The notes beneath the pieces are model-generated. The model worked only from the letters and a program-made list of their open reading frames with translations, was not told where the DNA came from and did no database searches. The position numbers and the translations under genes are program-made. A DNA stretch of 30,074 bases from a virus (taxonomy: Duplodnaviria; Caudoviricetes): IMG/VR virus record IMGVR_UViG_3300025320_000141, positions 1-30,074 of that record; one strand, 5' to 3'. Below are positions 18,064 to 26,291 of this stretch, in pieces; the stretch's first letter is position 1; each line of letters opens with the position of its first letter.

Positions 18064-18102
18064 GGCAACACGAAGGCTTCGCTGTAAAAAGCAAGGGTTA
18101 TC

Positions 18103-18225
18103 GCTGTCAACATCTGCGAGCGGCTCGGCGATCGTCCGGCAGCCCGAGAGGCGGCGCGGAGAGCGCTCGAGCTGGAACCGCGCAACGCGCTGTTCGCCGC
18201 CCGGCTGCAACAGCTCGCCGGTTGA
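18103..18225 (+). pseudogene. 3' remnant of a TPR protein gene
   Basis: Frame reads RLGDRPAAREAARRALELEPRNALFAARLQQLAG-stop, with no ATG after the in-frame TAA at 18085. Confidence 0.55.
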
Positions 18226-18235
18226 AGCGCCGCTC

Positions 18236-19729
18236 CTAGTATCCCGCCGCGGTGATCGCGCGCAGCACCGCGTCGGCGGCGCGCTGGCCGAGAAAGGCGT
18301 GCCCGGCAGTGTTCGGATGGAGGTGGTCGGACGCGGTGATGTAGAGGTCCGAATTGCCGTTCCCCGCCGGCGCGCCGTCATCGCCGGTGCCGGTCTGCCA
18401 CGCGCCGTTCGGGTCGTTGATGATCGGGATGAAGAACAGCAGCGGATCGGCGAGGCTGGTCGCCGCCGCCTGCAGCGCCGTCTCGGCGTTCTGGTACGCG
18501 GTGCGCGGCGCGCCGGTTGAATTGTGCGGCCAGGTGCCGAACATGAAGATCGGTGCCTTGGCGGTCGCCGCGGCGGCCCGCAATGCCTGGACATAGGCGA
18601 TTGCGGCGTTGGTGATCTGCAGCTGGGTGAACGCCGTGTCGTTCGAGCCCAGCATCATAAAGACGATGTCCGGCGCGAAATTGGTGATGTCGCTGAGCCG
18701 GGTGATCGCCGTGCCCGAGGCGTTCGCGACCAGAAGGCCGGTGGCGCCGATCGCGGTGCCCTCGACATTGCGGATGCCGAGCCAATCGGCCATGACGTTG
18801 TGCAGGCCATTGGCCGGGATCGCGATGCCGCCGCTCGCCGAATAGCTGTCGCCGGTGATGGCCGCGCTGATGATCGTGTCGCCGCCCGGCTTGTAGAGGC
18901 CCTCGGTCGCGCCGACATCGACCCCGCCGAACAGTTCGACGCCGCCGGCGCCTTCCCAGATGATGTCGCGGGCGGCGCGGCCGCCGGCGCCCGTAAAGTC
19001 GACGACGATGTAATCCCAGCCGCTATGCGGCGGGCTCAGCGCGGTCAGCGAGGCATATTGCCCGTTGACGATGATTCGCGTCTGCCCCGAGGTGTTGATC
19101 TCGAAGAGCCGGATGACAAACTTGGCGCTGTCGGCGATGAACTCGACGCGGGCAAGCTCGCCGGTCAGCGTGCTGGCGATGGTCGCCGACATCATCCTGG
19201 CGTAAGAGGTGCCCCCGTCGTTGGTGCGGACGCCGCCGTAATAGTTGAAGACCTCCTTGTTGGCCCCGGCGCCGCCGTTCCACAAATACGAATTCACCCC
19301 GGCGCCGCTGAAGGCCGCCGTGCCGAGATCGTCGATAAAGGTCCAGGTGATCGTGTTGTCGACGCAGGTGCCGCTCGAACAGGTCGGGCCGCCCGACGCC
19401 GCGCTGGTGCCGGCGACGCTGACCTGGTAGCGCTTCGAGCCGTTGATCGCGTACTCGTTCAGCAGATAGCCGGTGCTGGCCGTCCACTTGGCCGCCGCCG
19501 TGACCACCGGCGGGCTCGTCATGACCGGATTGAGGCGCGGGTTGTTGGTTTTCGCCGCCGCTGCCGCCCGCCGCAGCTTGCTGAGCGGCATGTTCAGTTT
19601 GATCGGCGCCAACGGGCTCGCGTTCGAGGCGTCGGGATAGAGCGGCGGCGGGAACAGCGCATCCGGCCATGCCGGCAGTGGCAGCGCCAGCGCGAGCAGC
19701 GCGCAGCTCAAAGCGAGGAGGCGGTTCAT
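18236..19729 (-). CDS. Secreted SGNH/GDSL hydrolase with an N-terminal carbohydrate-binding-like module
   Basis: GDS, GATG, GSND and DHLHP blocks; signal peptide MNRLLALSCALLALA; WTASTGY...AGTS...P...TW module. Confidence 0.85.
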   Translation of the reverse strand: MNRLLALSCALLALALPLPAWPDALFPPPLYPDASNASPLAPIKLNMPLSKLRRAAAAAKTNNPRLNPVMTSPPVVTAAAKWTASTGYLLNEYAINGSKRYQVSVAGTSAASGGPTCSSGTCVDNTITWTFIDDLGTAAFSGAGVNSYLWNGGAGANKEVFNYYGGVRTNDGGTSYARMMSATIASTLTGELARVEFIADSAKFVIRLFEINTSGQTRIIVNGQYASLTALSPPHSGWDYIVVDFTGAGGRAARDIIWEGAGGVELFGGVDVGATEGLYKPGGDTIISAAITGDSYSASGGIAIPANGLHNVMADWLGIRNVEGTAIGATGLLVANASGTAITRLSDITNFAPDIVFMMLGSNDTAFTQLQITNAAIAYVQALRAAAATAKAPIFMFGTWPHNSTGAPRTAYQNAETALQAAATSLADPLLFFIPIINDPNGAWQTGTGDDGAPAGNGNSDLYITASDHLHPNTAGHAFLGQRAADAVLRAITAAGY

Positions 19730-19734
19730 GTTTG

Positions 19735-20187
19735 TCACCATGCGCGTGCCGCCATCTGGCAGCTCGAAGAGTTCGAATAGATGCGGATGCGCCCCGAATG
19801 CGGCATGCCGCTCATCGTCAGCGAACCGCCCTGCCCGCCGTTCGAGCCCGGCCCGGCGAGCACGATGATCGTCGGCGCGAGCGCGCCGGCCTGGTCGTCA
19901 AAGACAATGGTAAGTCCGGCGGTGCATTGCGCCTGGATCAGATAGCCGAGGCGCGGCACGGCGGCGGCCGGGATCGTCGCGAGCAGGGTGAGGCCCGACA
20001 ATGACGGCGTGTTGGCGCTGAAATCCGCGCCGTTGTTGCCGGGCGCCGACATCGCCTCGGCGGCGGCGAGCGCGCGATAGGCCGGCACCTCGATTTCAGC
20101 CGCTTGCACGCGATCGTGCACGGCCGGGCTGAGCAGCAGCGCGGCAAATAAAAAGGCAACCCAGCGACGGGGCGACACATGTTTCAT
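19735..20187 (-). CDS. Small beta-rich protein with signal peptide
   Basis: Signal peptide ending VQA; C-terminal AARAW; AAGGA SD. Confidence 0.75.
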   Translation of the reverse strand: MKHVSPRRWVAFLFAALLLSPAVHDRVQAAEIEVPAYRALAAAEAMSAPGNNGADFSANTPSLSGLTLLATIPAAAVPRLGYLIQAQCTAGLTIVFDDQAGALAPTIIVLAGPGSNGGQGGSLTMSGMPHSGRIRIYSNSSSCQMAARAW

Positions 20188-20227
20188 TCCGATCGTCCTT
20201 CAATCAGCGGAGTCTCGAAAACATCAG

Positions 20228-20465
20228 TTCACAACGAGACGGCAAGGCAGCGAGCAGGCAGCGCGCGGCTCGCAATCTAGGTAACGCGAAGGACACGAAG
20301 GGCACACAAAGGACGCGAAGGCAACTTCAGCTGCTTCGATGCCTTCGCGTCCCCGGCGTGACCTCTGCGTCCTCTGCGGTGAAGTGTTTTTGTTGCGCGC
20401 TGCGCGCGCGAGGCTTGCGGTCTCGTTGTAAATTTGGCGGGTTACGCTTCGCTAACCCGCCCTAC
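20228..20465. repeat. Composite repeat cassette overlapping the portal stop
   Basis: A at 20228, B arms, C at 20393, GGCGGGTTACGCTTCGCTAACCCGCCCTAC at 20436-20465. Confidence 0.9.
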
Positions 20466-21782
20466 GGAATTGGTGAGCGGGGTGAAGCCGGTGGCGGTGT
20501 AGACGAGCGGGGTTTCACCGCCGGGCACCGGATCGAAGCCCAGAATGTCGCGCGCCTCGTTGACCGTGTAGATGCCGCCGCGCACGTAGAGATCGAGCAT
20601 CTTGGCCTGCTCGGCGGGATCGGCCGGCCGCAGATCGATCCAGGCGAATTCGAGGTCCGCCTGCCCCATCCGGTCCTGGATGACATGGTCGGCGAGGCGC
20701 TTCACCCAGCCCATCAAGGGCGCCAAGCCCTCGGCGAGCGCGGATTGTTCCGACTGCTCGGCGGTCGCGCGGTTGAGCTGGCGGATGAACGGCGTCGGCG
20801 GCAGCGAAAACGCGTAGCAGACGATGCGCGCGAGCCATTCGTCGAACTCGTCCTTGTACGGTGCCTCCTTGAAGGGCTGATACTTCGTGCCGGCAGGCCC
20901 CCACACGAGGCGCGAGCGCGACGCGGTGTTGCCGGCGAGGACCGAGTCGAACCATTCCTGGAACTGTCGGATCTGCTCGACATTCCAGCCGTCCGGCGCG
21001 TTGAGCAGGCCGGGCGGGACATTGCCCTCGGTGAAGTGGTGCAATTGCATCGCCTGGCGGCGCAGCGCGATGTTGACGGTCATGACGATCTGCTCGACCG
21101 GCGAGAAGCCGTAAGCCTTGTGCGGGCGCGGGTTGCGCGGCAGGTAGAGCAAGTCGTCAGCGGTCAGAAGCCGCCACGGGCGGCCGTGGATGACCTGCTC
21201 GTAGGCCGGCGCCGGCGGCTTCGGGCGGCGGCCGGTGTCGTCGACGAGGAGCTTGATCGTGGCGCCGTCGACGACATCGAGGCCGATGACATCGCCGGCG
21301 CGGTTATGGCGGAGTTCGAGCGCCGGCGCGTCGAGCACGAGGAGGTCTTCGAGCAGCGCGCGCAGCCAGGTCGCGAACGGGCGCTCGCCATCGGGGCGGC
21401 GCCAGAAGCGCGCGAGGTGTTGCGCACGGGATGCGGCGTCGGCAGACGGGCGCTTTGCATTTTTCGGCTTGATCGCCCAGTCGAGCTTTTCGATCTGGTC
21501 CTTGCGGGTTTCGATCGCGAGGCGGGTGATGTCGTGCGCCTCGGCGAGGGCGCGCAACTCGGCGAACGAAATGGGTTCATAGGCGCGCGGCGTATAGATC
21601 GTGTTGACGCCGACCGGGAAATCCCACAGACGGGTGCGCTCGGGTTCCGGTGGCGCGAGCGGGTAGCCGGGCGAGAAGATGCCGTGGTCGGGCTGGAACA
21701 CGGGGGCGAATTGCGCCTCGAGCCCGGATTGACCCCAGCTGTAAGAGAGCGCGAGGGGCGTGCGTTTGCCGCCATCCGGCAT
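20442..21782 (-). CDS. Portal protein
   Basis: AIETRKDQI, LLEDLLVLDA, YGFSPVEQI, FTEGNVP, YTVNEARDILG; AGGAG SD. Confidence 0.92.
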   Translation of the reverse strand: MPDGGKRTPLALSYSWGQSGLEAQFAPVFQPDHGIFSPGYPLAPPEPERTRLWDFPVGVNTIYTPRAYEPISFAELRALAEAHDITRLAIETRKDQIEKLDWAIKPKNAKRPSADAASRAQHLARFWRRPDGERPFATWLRALLEDLLVLDAPALELRHNRAGDVIGLDVVDGATIKLLVDDTGRRPKPPAPAYEQVIHGRPWRLLTADDLLYLPRNPRPHKAYGFSPVEQIVMTVNIALRRQAMQLHHFTEGNVPPGLLNAPDGWNVEQIRQFQEWFDSVLAGNTASRSRLVWGPAGTKYQPFKEAPYKDEFDEWLARIVCYAFSLPPTPFIRQLNRATAEQSEQSALAEGLAPLMGWVKRLADHVIQDRMGQADLEFAWIDLRPADPAEQAKMLDLYVRGGIYTVNEARDILGFDPVPGGETPLVYTATGFTPLTNSVGRVSEA

Positions 21783-21807
21783 GCGTCATGCTCCTGAGAA
21801 AAAGGGG

Positions 21808-22032
21808 TTCACAACGAGGCGGTGAGGCAGTGAGAAAAAGCGCGCCATGGGCGCGCAAAAAAGAAGAACGCTTTACCGCAGAGGACGCCAAGGATGCGCA
21901 GAGGTACGCGATGACGTTTTGGCCACTGCGATGCCTTCGCGTCCTTTGCGTGCCCCTCGCATCCTTCGCGTTACCTAATTTGTTGCGCGCTGCGCGCGCG
22001 ATAAGCTCGCTGCCTCATTGTCTCGTTGTGAA
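21808..22032. repeat. Composite repeat cassette bounded by inverted A motifs
   Basis: TTCACAACGAGGCGGTGAGGCAGTGAG ... CTCGCTGCCTCATTGTCTCGTTGTGAA enclosing B arms and C (21983). Confidence 0.9.
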
Positions 22033-22082
22033 TTTTGGCGGGTTTCACCCGTCCTGCGGCGTGGTTTCGAATAACCTCGGAA

Positions 22083-22295
22083 CTAGAGGTCTTCGGGTCG
22101 CAACCCTGTGTGTCTAGCTATCCTAGCGAGCGCAACCGGCCCGATTTCAACGTCGTCGTGAAACGCGAAAACATAGTCGGGCCATCCGATCCGCTGCAGC
22201 GTGCGATGCGAGCCCGATTGCCGTTTGATCCGCCACCCGATCCGTTGCAGGGCTCTAAGGACGAGTCTCGCCCTGGTGGATGGCCAACTCCTCAT
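22083..22295 (-). CDS. hicA: HicA family toxin
   Basis: 70 aa, basic; GWRIKRQSGSH motif, FHD..EIGP. Confidence 0.9.
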   Translation of the reverse strand: MRSWPSTRARLVLRALQRIGWRIKRQSGSHRTLQRIGWPDYVFAFHDDVEIGPVALARIARHTGLRPEDL

Positions 22296-22495
22296 GCTCC
22301 GACGAAGTAGTCGTGCACATTGATCGGCACCGGCTCGCCGTGTGCGATCCGCTCGCCGATGACCCGGAATGCAAGAGCGATCGTATTGATCCGCGCCTCG
22401 GCTTCCGTAGCGCCGTAAGCCATGACGCCGGGCAACTCCGCAATCTCGCCGAGCCAGCGCCCGTCGCTTTCGCGCTCAATCTCGATCCTGAGCAT
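22292..22495 (-). CDS. hicB: Short HicB family antitoxin
   Basis: ERESDGRWLGEIAELPGVMAYGATEAEA; ATGA overlap with hicA; no DNA-binding domain. Confidence 0.88.
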   Translation of the reverse strand: MLRIEIERESDGRWLGEIAELPGVMAYGATEAEARINTIALAFRVIGERIAHGEPVPINVHDYFVGA

Positions 22496-22619
22496 CCGTC
22501 CAACCCCGCTTGCGATCGGGCCTGTCGCGGAAACTGCCCGCTTTTTCGCCGGGCGACAAGCGCACAGTTTCCGTCCAAGGGGGTAAACGAAGCATTTCCC
22601 GGCTGGGTCCACGATTTAC

Positions 22620-25205
22620 TCAGAAACTGGACAAGGCGGCGCGTTTCCAAGTGTTGGGTGCGGTGCAGGCGTAGAGGTAGTTCGAGTCGAACTGGAGCTG
22701 GCCGGTCTGGCAGGCGGCGCTGCTCGACGCGGGCGTGCCGATTGCCGGGAACATGCCGTTCGATGACGCGGTCGCCGGGCTCGCGGTGACGAGGCGGAAA
22801 TTGCTGCCGTCGAACTGCAACGCGACCTCTTCGTAATTCTGCCCGTAAAGCTTCAGCGAGGATTGCGCGCCGCGCGTGCCGGGCATCAGGATCTGGCCGC
22901 CGCTCGTCGCGTTGACCTGGACCGTGAGGCTCTTGCCGTTGTCGGTGACAAACGACATCGACCAGCCCGCGCTGATCGCGGTCGTCGACGGCAAGGTGAC
23001 GGTGAGGCTCGCGATCGGCGTATTGTAATTCGAGATCGTCAGGCCGCAATCGGCCGGGCCGGCGGCGTAGCTGCTGACCGACGGGAAGCTCCAGCGCGAG
23101 AGACACGTCGCGCCGGTCAGGCCGATAGCGGCGGCGGTGACCGGCGTCACCTGCAACAGGCGGAAATTCGAGCCGTCGAACTGCACGAGCGCCAATTCGT
23201 AATTGCCGGCAGCGAGCTGCACCGAGCCGGTTGCGGCGCCGCTCCCGGGAAACACGATGCGGCCGCCGTTTGTCGCATTGACCTGCAGCGCGGCGGTCTT
23301 GCCGTTGTCGTTGGCGACCGCCAGAGTCCAGCCCGGGTTGATCGTGTTGACCGGCGGCAGGGTGACGGTCAGATAGGCGAGCGGCGAGTTGAACGCCGAG
23401 ATCGCAGCGCCGTTGTCGGCAACGCCGGCATTGTAGGCGCTGACCGACGGGAAGACCCAGCGCGTCAGGCCGCCGATGCCGGCGAGACCCAATTGCTGCG
23501 CCGTCGCCGGGGTCACCTGCTCGACGCGGAAATTGCCGCTGCCGTCGTATTGCAGCGTGACATATTCGTAGAGATCTCCGGCCAGGGTCAGCGAAGTCTG
23601 GGTGGCGGCGTTGGCGAGCGGGTACAGGATATGGCCGCCGGCGGTCGGGTTGACCTGCACGGTCAGCCCCTTGCCCTGATCGGTCGCGAGGCCGATCGAC
23701 CACCCCGACGGCAAATTCGTGGTGGACGGCAAGGTGACGGTGAGGCCCGCGGCGGTGTTGTAGCTCGACAGCACATTGCCGTTGTCGCCGAGCGAAGCGG
23801 CGTAGCCGGGGGTCGAGGGATAGAGCCAGTTGCCGGGCCAGTCGCGGCTCTGCAACCCGTTGGTGGCGAGCGTGTTGCGGGTGCCGGCGGTGACGCGGAA
23901 ATTGTTGCCGTCGGATTCGAGCTGCAGGAACTCGTAATTGCCCGGGCCGAGCGTCACCGAGGACAGCGACTTGCCGCCGGACAGGATGTTGCCGCTGGGC
24001 GCGGTGACCGTGAGACCTTTGCCGTTGTCGGTCGCGAAGCCCATCGACCAGCCGGCGCCGACCGCGCTCGGGCTCGGCAATGTCACCGCCAAGGACGCGC
24101 CCGGCGCGTTGAAGGATGAGAGCATGGTCTTGTCGTCGATACCGGCCGCCGTGTAGGTCGGGGAGGAGGGGAACTGCCACGCCTCACGGTTGCCGGTACC
24201 GACGATCTGGATGCCGACCGATTGCGGGCCGCGGTTGACGACCGAGCCGGCATAGGTCGGGTTGATCAGCACGTTGCGCGTCGAGGCGGTCGCGTTGACC
24301 GCGGTGGCGCAGGCGAAATAGGGCGACACAAAACTGTTCTGTCCATCATGCGGGGCGGTGATGCCGAGACAAGTGGGCGAGGCTTCCATGTCGAAGGCGA
24401 AGACCGTGTTGGCGAAGTTGAACCCGTTTTCGAGGAGCAGCGCCGTGCCGCCGGTGCCCGAGGCGGTGCCGGCGCCGGAGATGCGCGAGAATTGCGTCTG
24501 CTCGAGCGCGAGACCGGCGGCGCCGCCAGCGCTGTCGGCGACGGCGTAGATGTCGCTGTCGAGGACGTAATTGAGCTGTAATCCGCCGGCGGTCGAAGCC
24601 GTCGAGGCGTTGTTGACGACGAGGTGATCGATTTTCGCCGAGTTGTGCGCGTCGGAGAAATCCGGCTTGCCGATACGCACCGCGTAATCGGGGGTCGAGG
24701 CGTTGACGAACAGCGTGCCTTCCTCGCGCAAATAGAAGCAATTGGCCGGGCTCGCCGGCGTGCCGCCGGAGCATGCGACGCGCAACACGTCGCCGGATGC
24801 AATCGTGCGGCCGTCCAAGGTGGCGCCCTCGGAAATCAGGCGGAAGCCCTTGCCGCTCTGACCGGCGTAATCGATCGTGATCCGAGCGGTGATCTTGTAG
24901 GCACCGGCCGGGAGGTGCACCGGCCAGTTGTTTGTGACGGCAGTGTTGACCGCGGCCTGGATCGCCGTGGTGTCGTCGTGGCTGCCGTCGCCGACCGCAC
25001 CGCCTGAATTGCCCGGGCAGCGCACGTCGAGCCAGGGATGACCCGAGCACATCAACACATCGCCGTTGAGGGTCGCGGCGCCGGTCGTCGACAAGGTCGA
25101 GAAATTACCGGGCGATTGCGCGCGCGCCGGGCTCGGGAGCCAGGGGCCAGGGATCAAGAGAGCGATCAGGCTGATGGACGGTAGGAGGAGACGGGTGAAC
25201 CGCAT
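22620..25205 (-). CDS. Secreted tailspike/fibre-like protein: pectate-lyase-like beta-helix plus four repeated domains
   Basis: Signal peptide ending ARA; GAVGDGSHDDTTAIQAA...PAGAY; four W.(F/Y)PS...TLP...GW...DG.NFR units; C-terminal PASSSAACQTGQLQFDSNYLYACTAPNTWKRAAL phage fibre-type motif. Confidence 0.8.
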   Translation of the reverse strand: MRFTRLLLPSISLIALLIPGPWLPSPARAQSPGNFSTLSTTGAATLNGDVLMCSGHPWLDVRCPGNSGGAVGDGSHDDTTAIQAAVNTAVTNNWPVHLPAGAYKITARITIDYAGQSGKGFRLISEGATLDGRTIASGDVLRVACSGGTPASPANCFYLREEGTLFVNASTPDYAVRIGKPDFSDAHNSAKIDHLVVNNASTASTAGGLQLNYVLDSDIYAVADSAGGAAGLALEQTQFSRISGAGTASGTGGTALLLENGFNFANTVFAFDMEASPTCLGITAPHDGQNSFVSPYFACATAVNATASTRNVLINPTYAGSVVNRGPQSVGIQIVGTGNREAWQFPSSPTYTAAGIDDKTMLSSFNAPGASLAVTLPSPSAVGAGWSMGFATDNGKGLTVTAPSGNILSGGKSLSSVTLGPGNYEFLQLESDGNNFRVTAGTRNTLATNGLQSRDWPGNWLYPSTPGYAASLGDNGNVLSSYNTAAGLTVTLPSTTNLPSGWSIGLATDQGKGLTVQVNPTAGGHILYPLANAATQTSLTLAGDLYEYVTLQYDGSGNFRVEQVTPATAQQLGLAGIGGLTRWVFPSVSAYNAGVADNGAAISAFNSPLAYLTVTLPPVNTINPGWTLAVANDNGKTAALQVNATNGGRIVFPGSGAATGSVQLAAGNYELALVQFDGSNFRLLQVTPVTAAAIGLTGATCLSRWSFPSVSSYAAGPADCGLTISNYNTPIASLTVTLPSTTAISAGWSMSFVTDNGKSLTVQVNATSGGQILMPGTRGAQSSLKLYGQNYEEVALQFDGSNFRLVTASPATASSNGMFPAIGTPASSSAACQTGQLQFDSNYLYACTAPNTWKRAALSSF

Positions 25206-25251
25206 TCCTGTGTGCTCCTGATCCCTGGCCACTGACTCTCGAAGACGGAAG

Positions 25252-25667
25252 GTCACGATGAGACGGTGAGACAGTGAGGAATGAGAACGCTTTAATGCAG
25301 AGGTCGCAGAGGATACGCGGCGGTACGCGATGGCGGCTCAACCGCTCCGATGCTTTTGCGTCCTTTGCGGTAAAGAGTTTTCTTGACCGCTTCTTTTAAA
25401 TCAGGTCCCGGCAAGGCCGGGACCCATTGATCCGCTCGCCAAGAGGTTGACGAATGGATCCCGGCCTGCGCCGGGATCCATTGCGGGCGGGACGCCCGCG
25501 GTCCGAAAGGCGGTCGGCGGGATCGCCTTCGTGCGTCCTTCGAGACGCCCGCTTCGCGGGCTCCTCAGGATGAGGGATGATTTTGATGCCATCGACAATG
25601 TCTCCTCATCCCCGGCCTGCGCCGGTGCAGGCTCTGAGCGCGAGCGTAGCGAGCAGTCGAAGGACGC
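25252..25667. repeat. Composite repeat cassette with several REP families
   Basis: A, B, CCCGGCAAGGCCGGG pair, GCGGGCGGGACGCCCGCGGTCC, GTCCTTCGAGACG...CTCAGGATGAGG pair. Confidence 0.9.
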
Positions 25668-25692
25668 TGGTTGCTGTTGCAGTATGTGCGGA

Positions 25693-26136
25693 TTACCAGC
25701 GGCGGGCGGCGAAGGCCTGGCCGGTCGTGCCGCCGAACAGGCTGACGGGTCCGGCCGGCTTGTAGCCCGACGGGGTCACGAAGAGGCCGCCGTTCGGCGC
25801 GAGCTGGAGCGAGGCGCCGCCGTCCGAGGCGGCACCGGTATCGCAGATCCACAGCGCGGCCGAGGAATTGTTCTGCACCAGAAAGCCGTTGGCCGGCACC
25901 GCGCCGCCGAACAGCGTCTGCGCGCTGCCGCCCGCTGCGACCGTGCCGCTGCCGTCGCTCGCGGAGTTGGCGGCGGTGTTGACGACGGGCAGCGGGTTCT
26001 GCGGGCCCACAGGCGCGGCGACGCCCTGCGCGTTGGTCGAAGCGGGCGCGTGCGCCGGCACCAGATTGCCGCTCGCATCGATGACGGTCGACAGCGATTG
26101 CACGGTGGTGTTGGCGTCCTTCACGAGAAGGGTCAT
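25693..26136 (-). CDS. Small beta-rich virion-type protein
   Basis: GGAG SD; NPLPV, GFLVQN, C-terminal AARRW; directly after TerL. Confidence 0.75.
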   Translation of the reverse strand: MTLLVKDANTTVQSLSTVIDASGNLVPAHAPASTNAQGVAAPVGPQNPLPVVNTAANSASDGSGTVAAGGSAQTLFGGAVPANGFLVQNNSSAALWICDTGAASDGGASLQLAPNGGLFVTPSGYKPAGPVSLFGGTTGQAFAARRW

Positions 26137-26151
26137 CGGGGCTCCATTGGG

Positions 26152-26287
26152 TTCACAACGAGGCAGTGAGACAGCGAGAAAGAGAATGCTTTACCGCAGA
26201 GGACGCGGTGGATTACGCAAAGACGCGACCTCCGCGGTAGAGCGCTTCTTCTTGTCGGCGGGTTACGCTTCGCTCACCCGCCCTACG
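26152..26287. repeat. Composite repeat cassette
   Basis: A at 26152, short B hairpin, GGCGGGTTACGCTTCGCTCACCCGCCCTAC. Confidence 0.85.
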
Positions 26288-26291
26288 GGGC

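Noticed and set aside
22620-24180. Diversity-generating retroelement or invertible fibre cassette
   Set aside because: Repeats are protein-level and diverged; no reverse transcriptase, invertase or adenine-specific TR/VR pair seen
501-26287. Recurrent repeats as a CRISPR array
   Set aside because: Copies are degenerate and separated by whole genes; no constant spacer length and no cas genes
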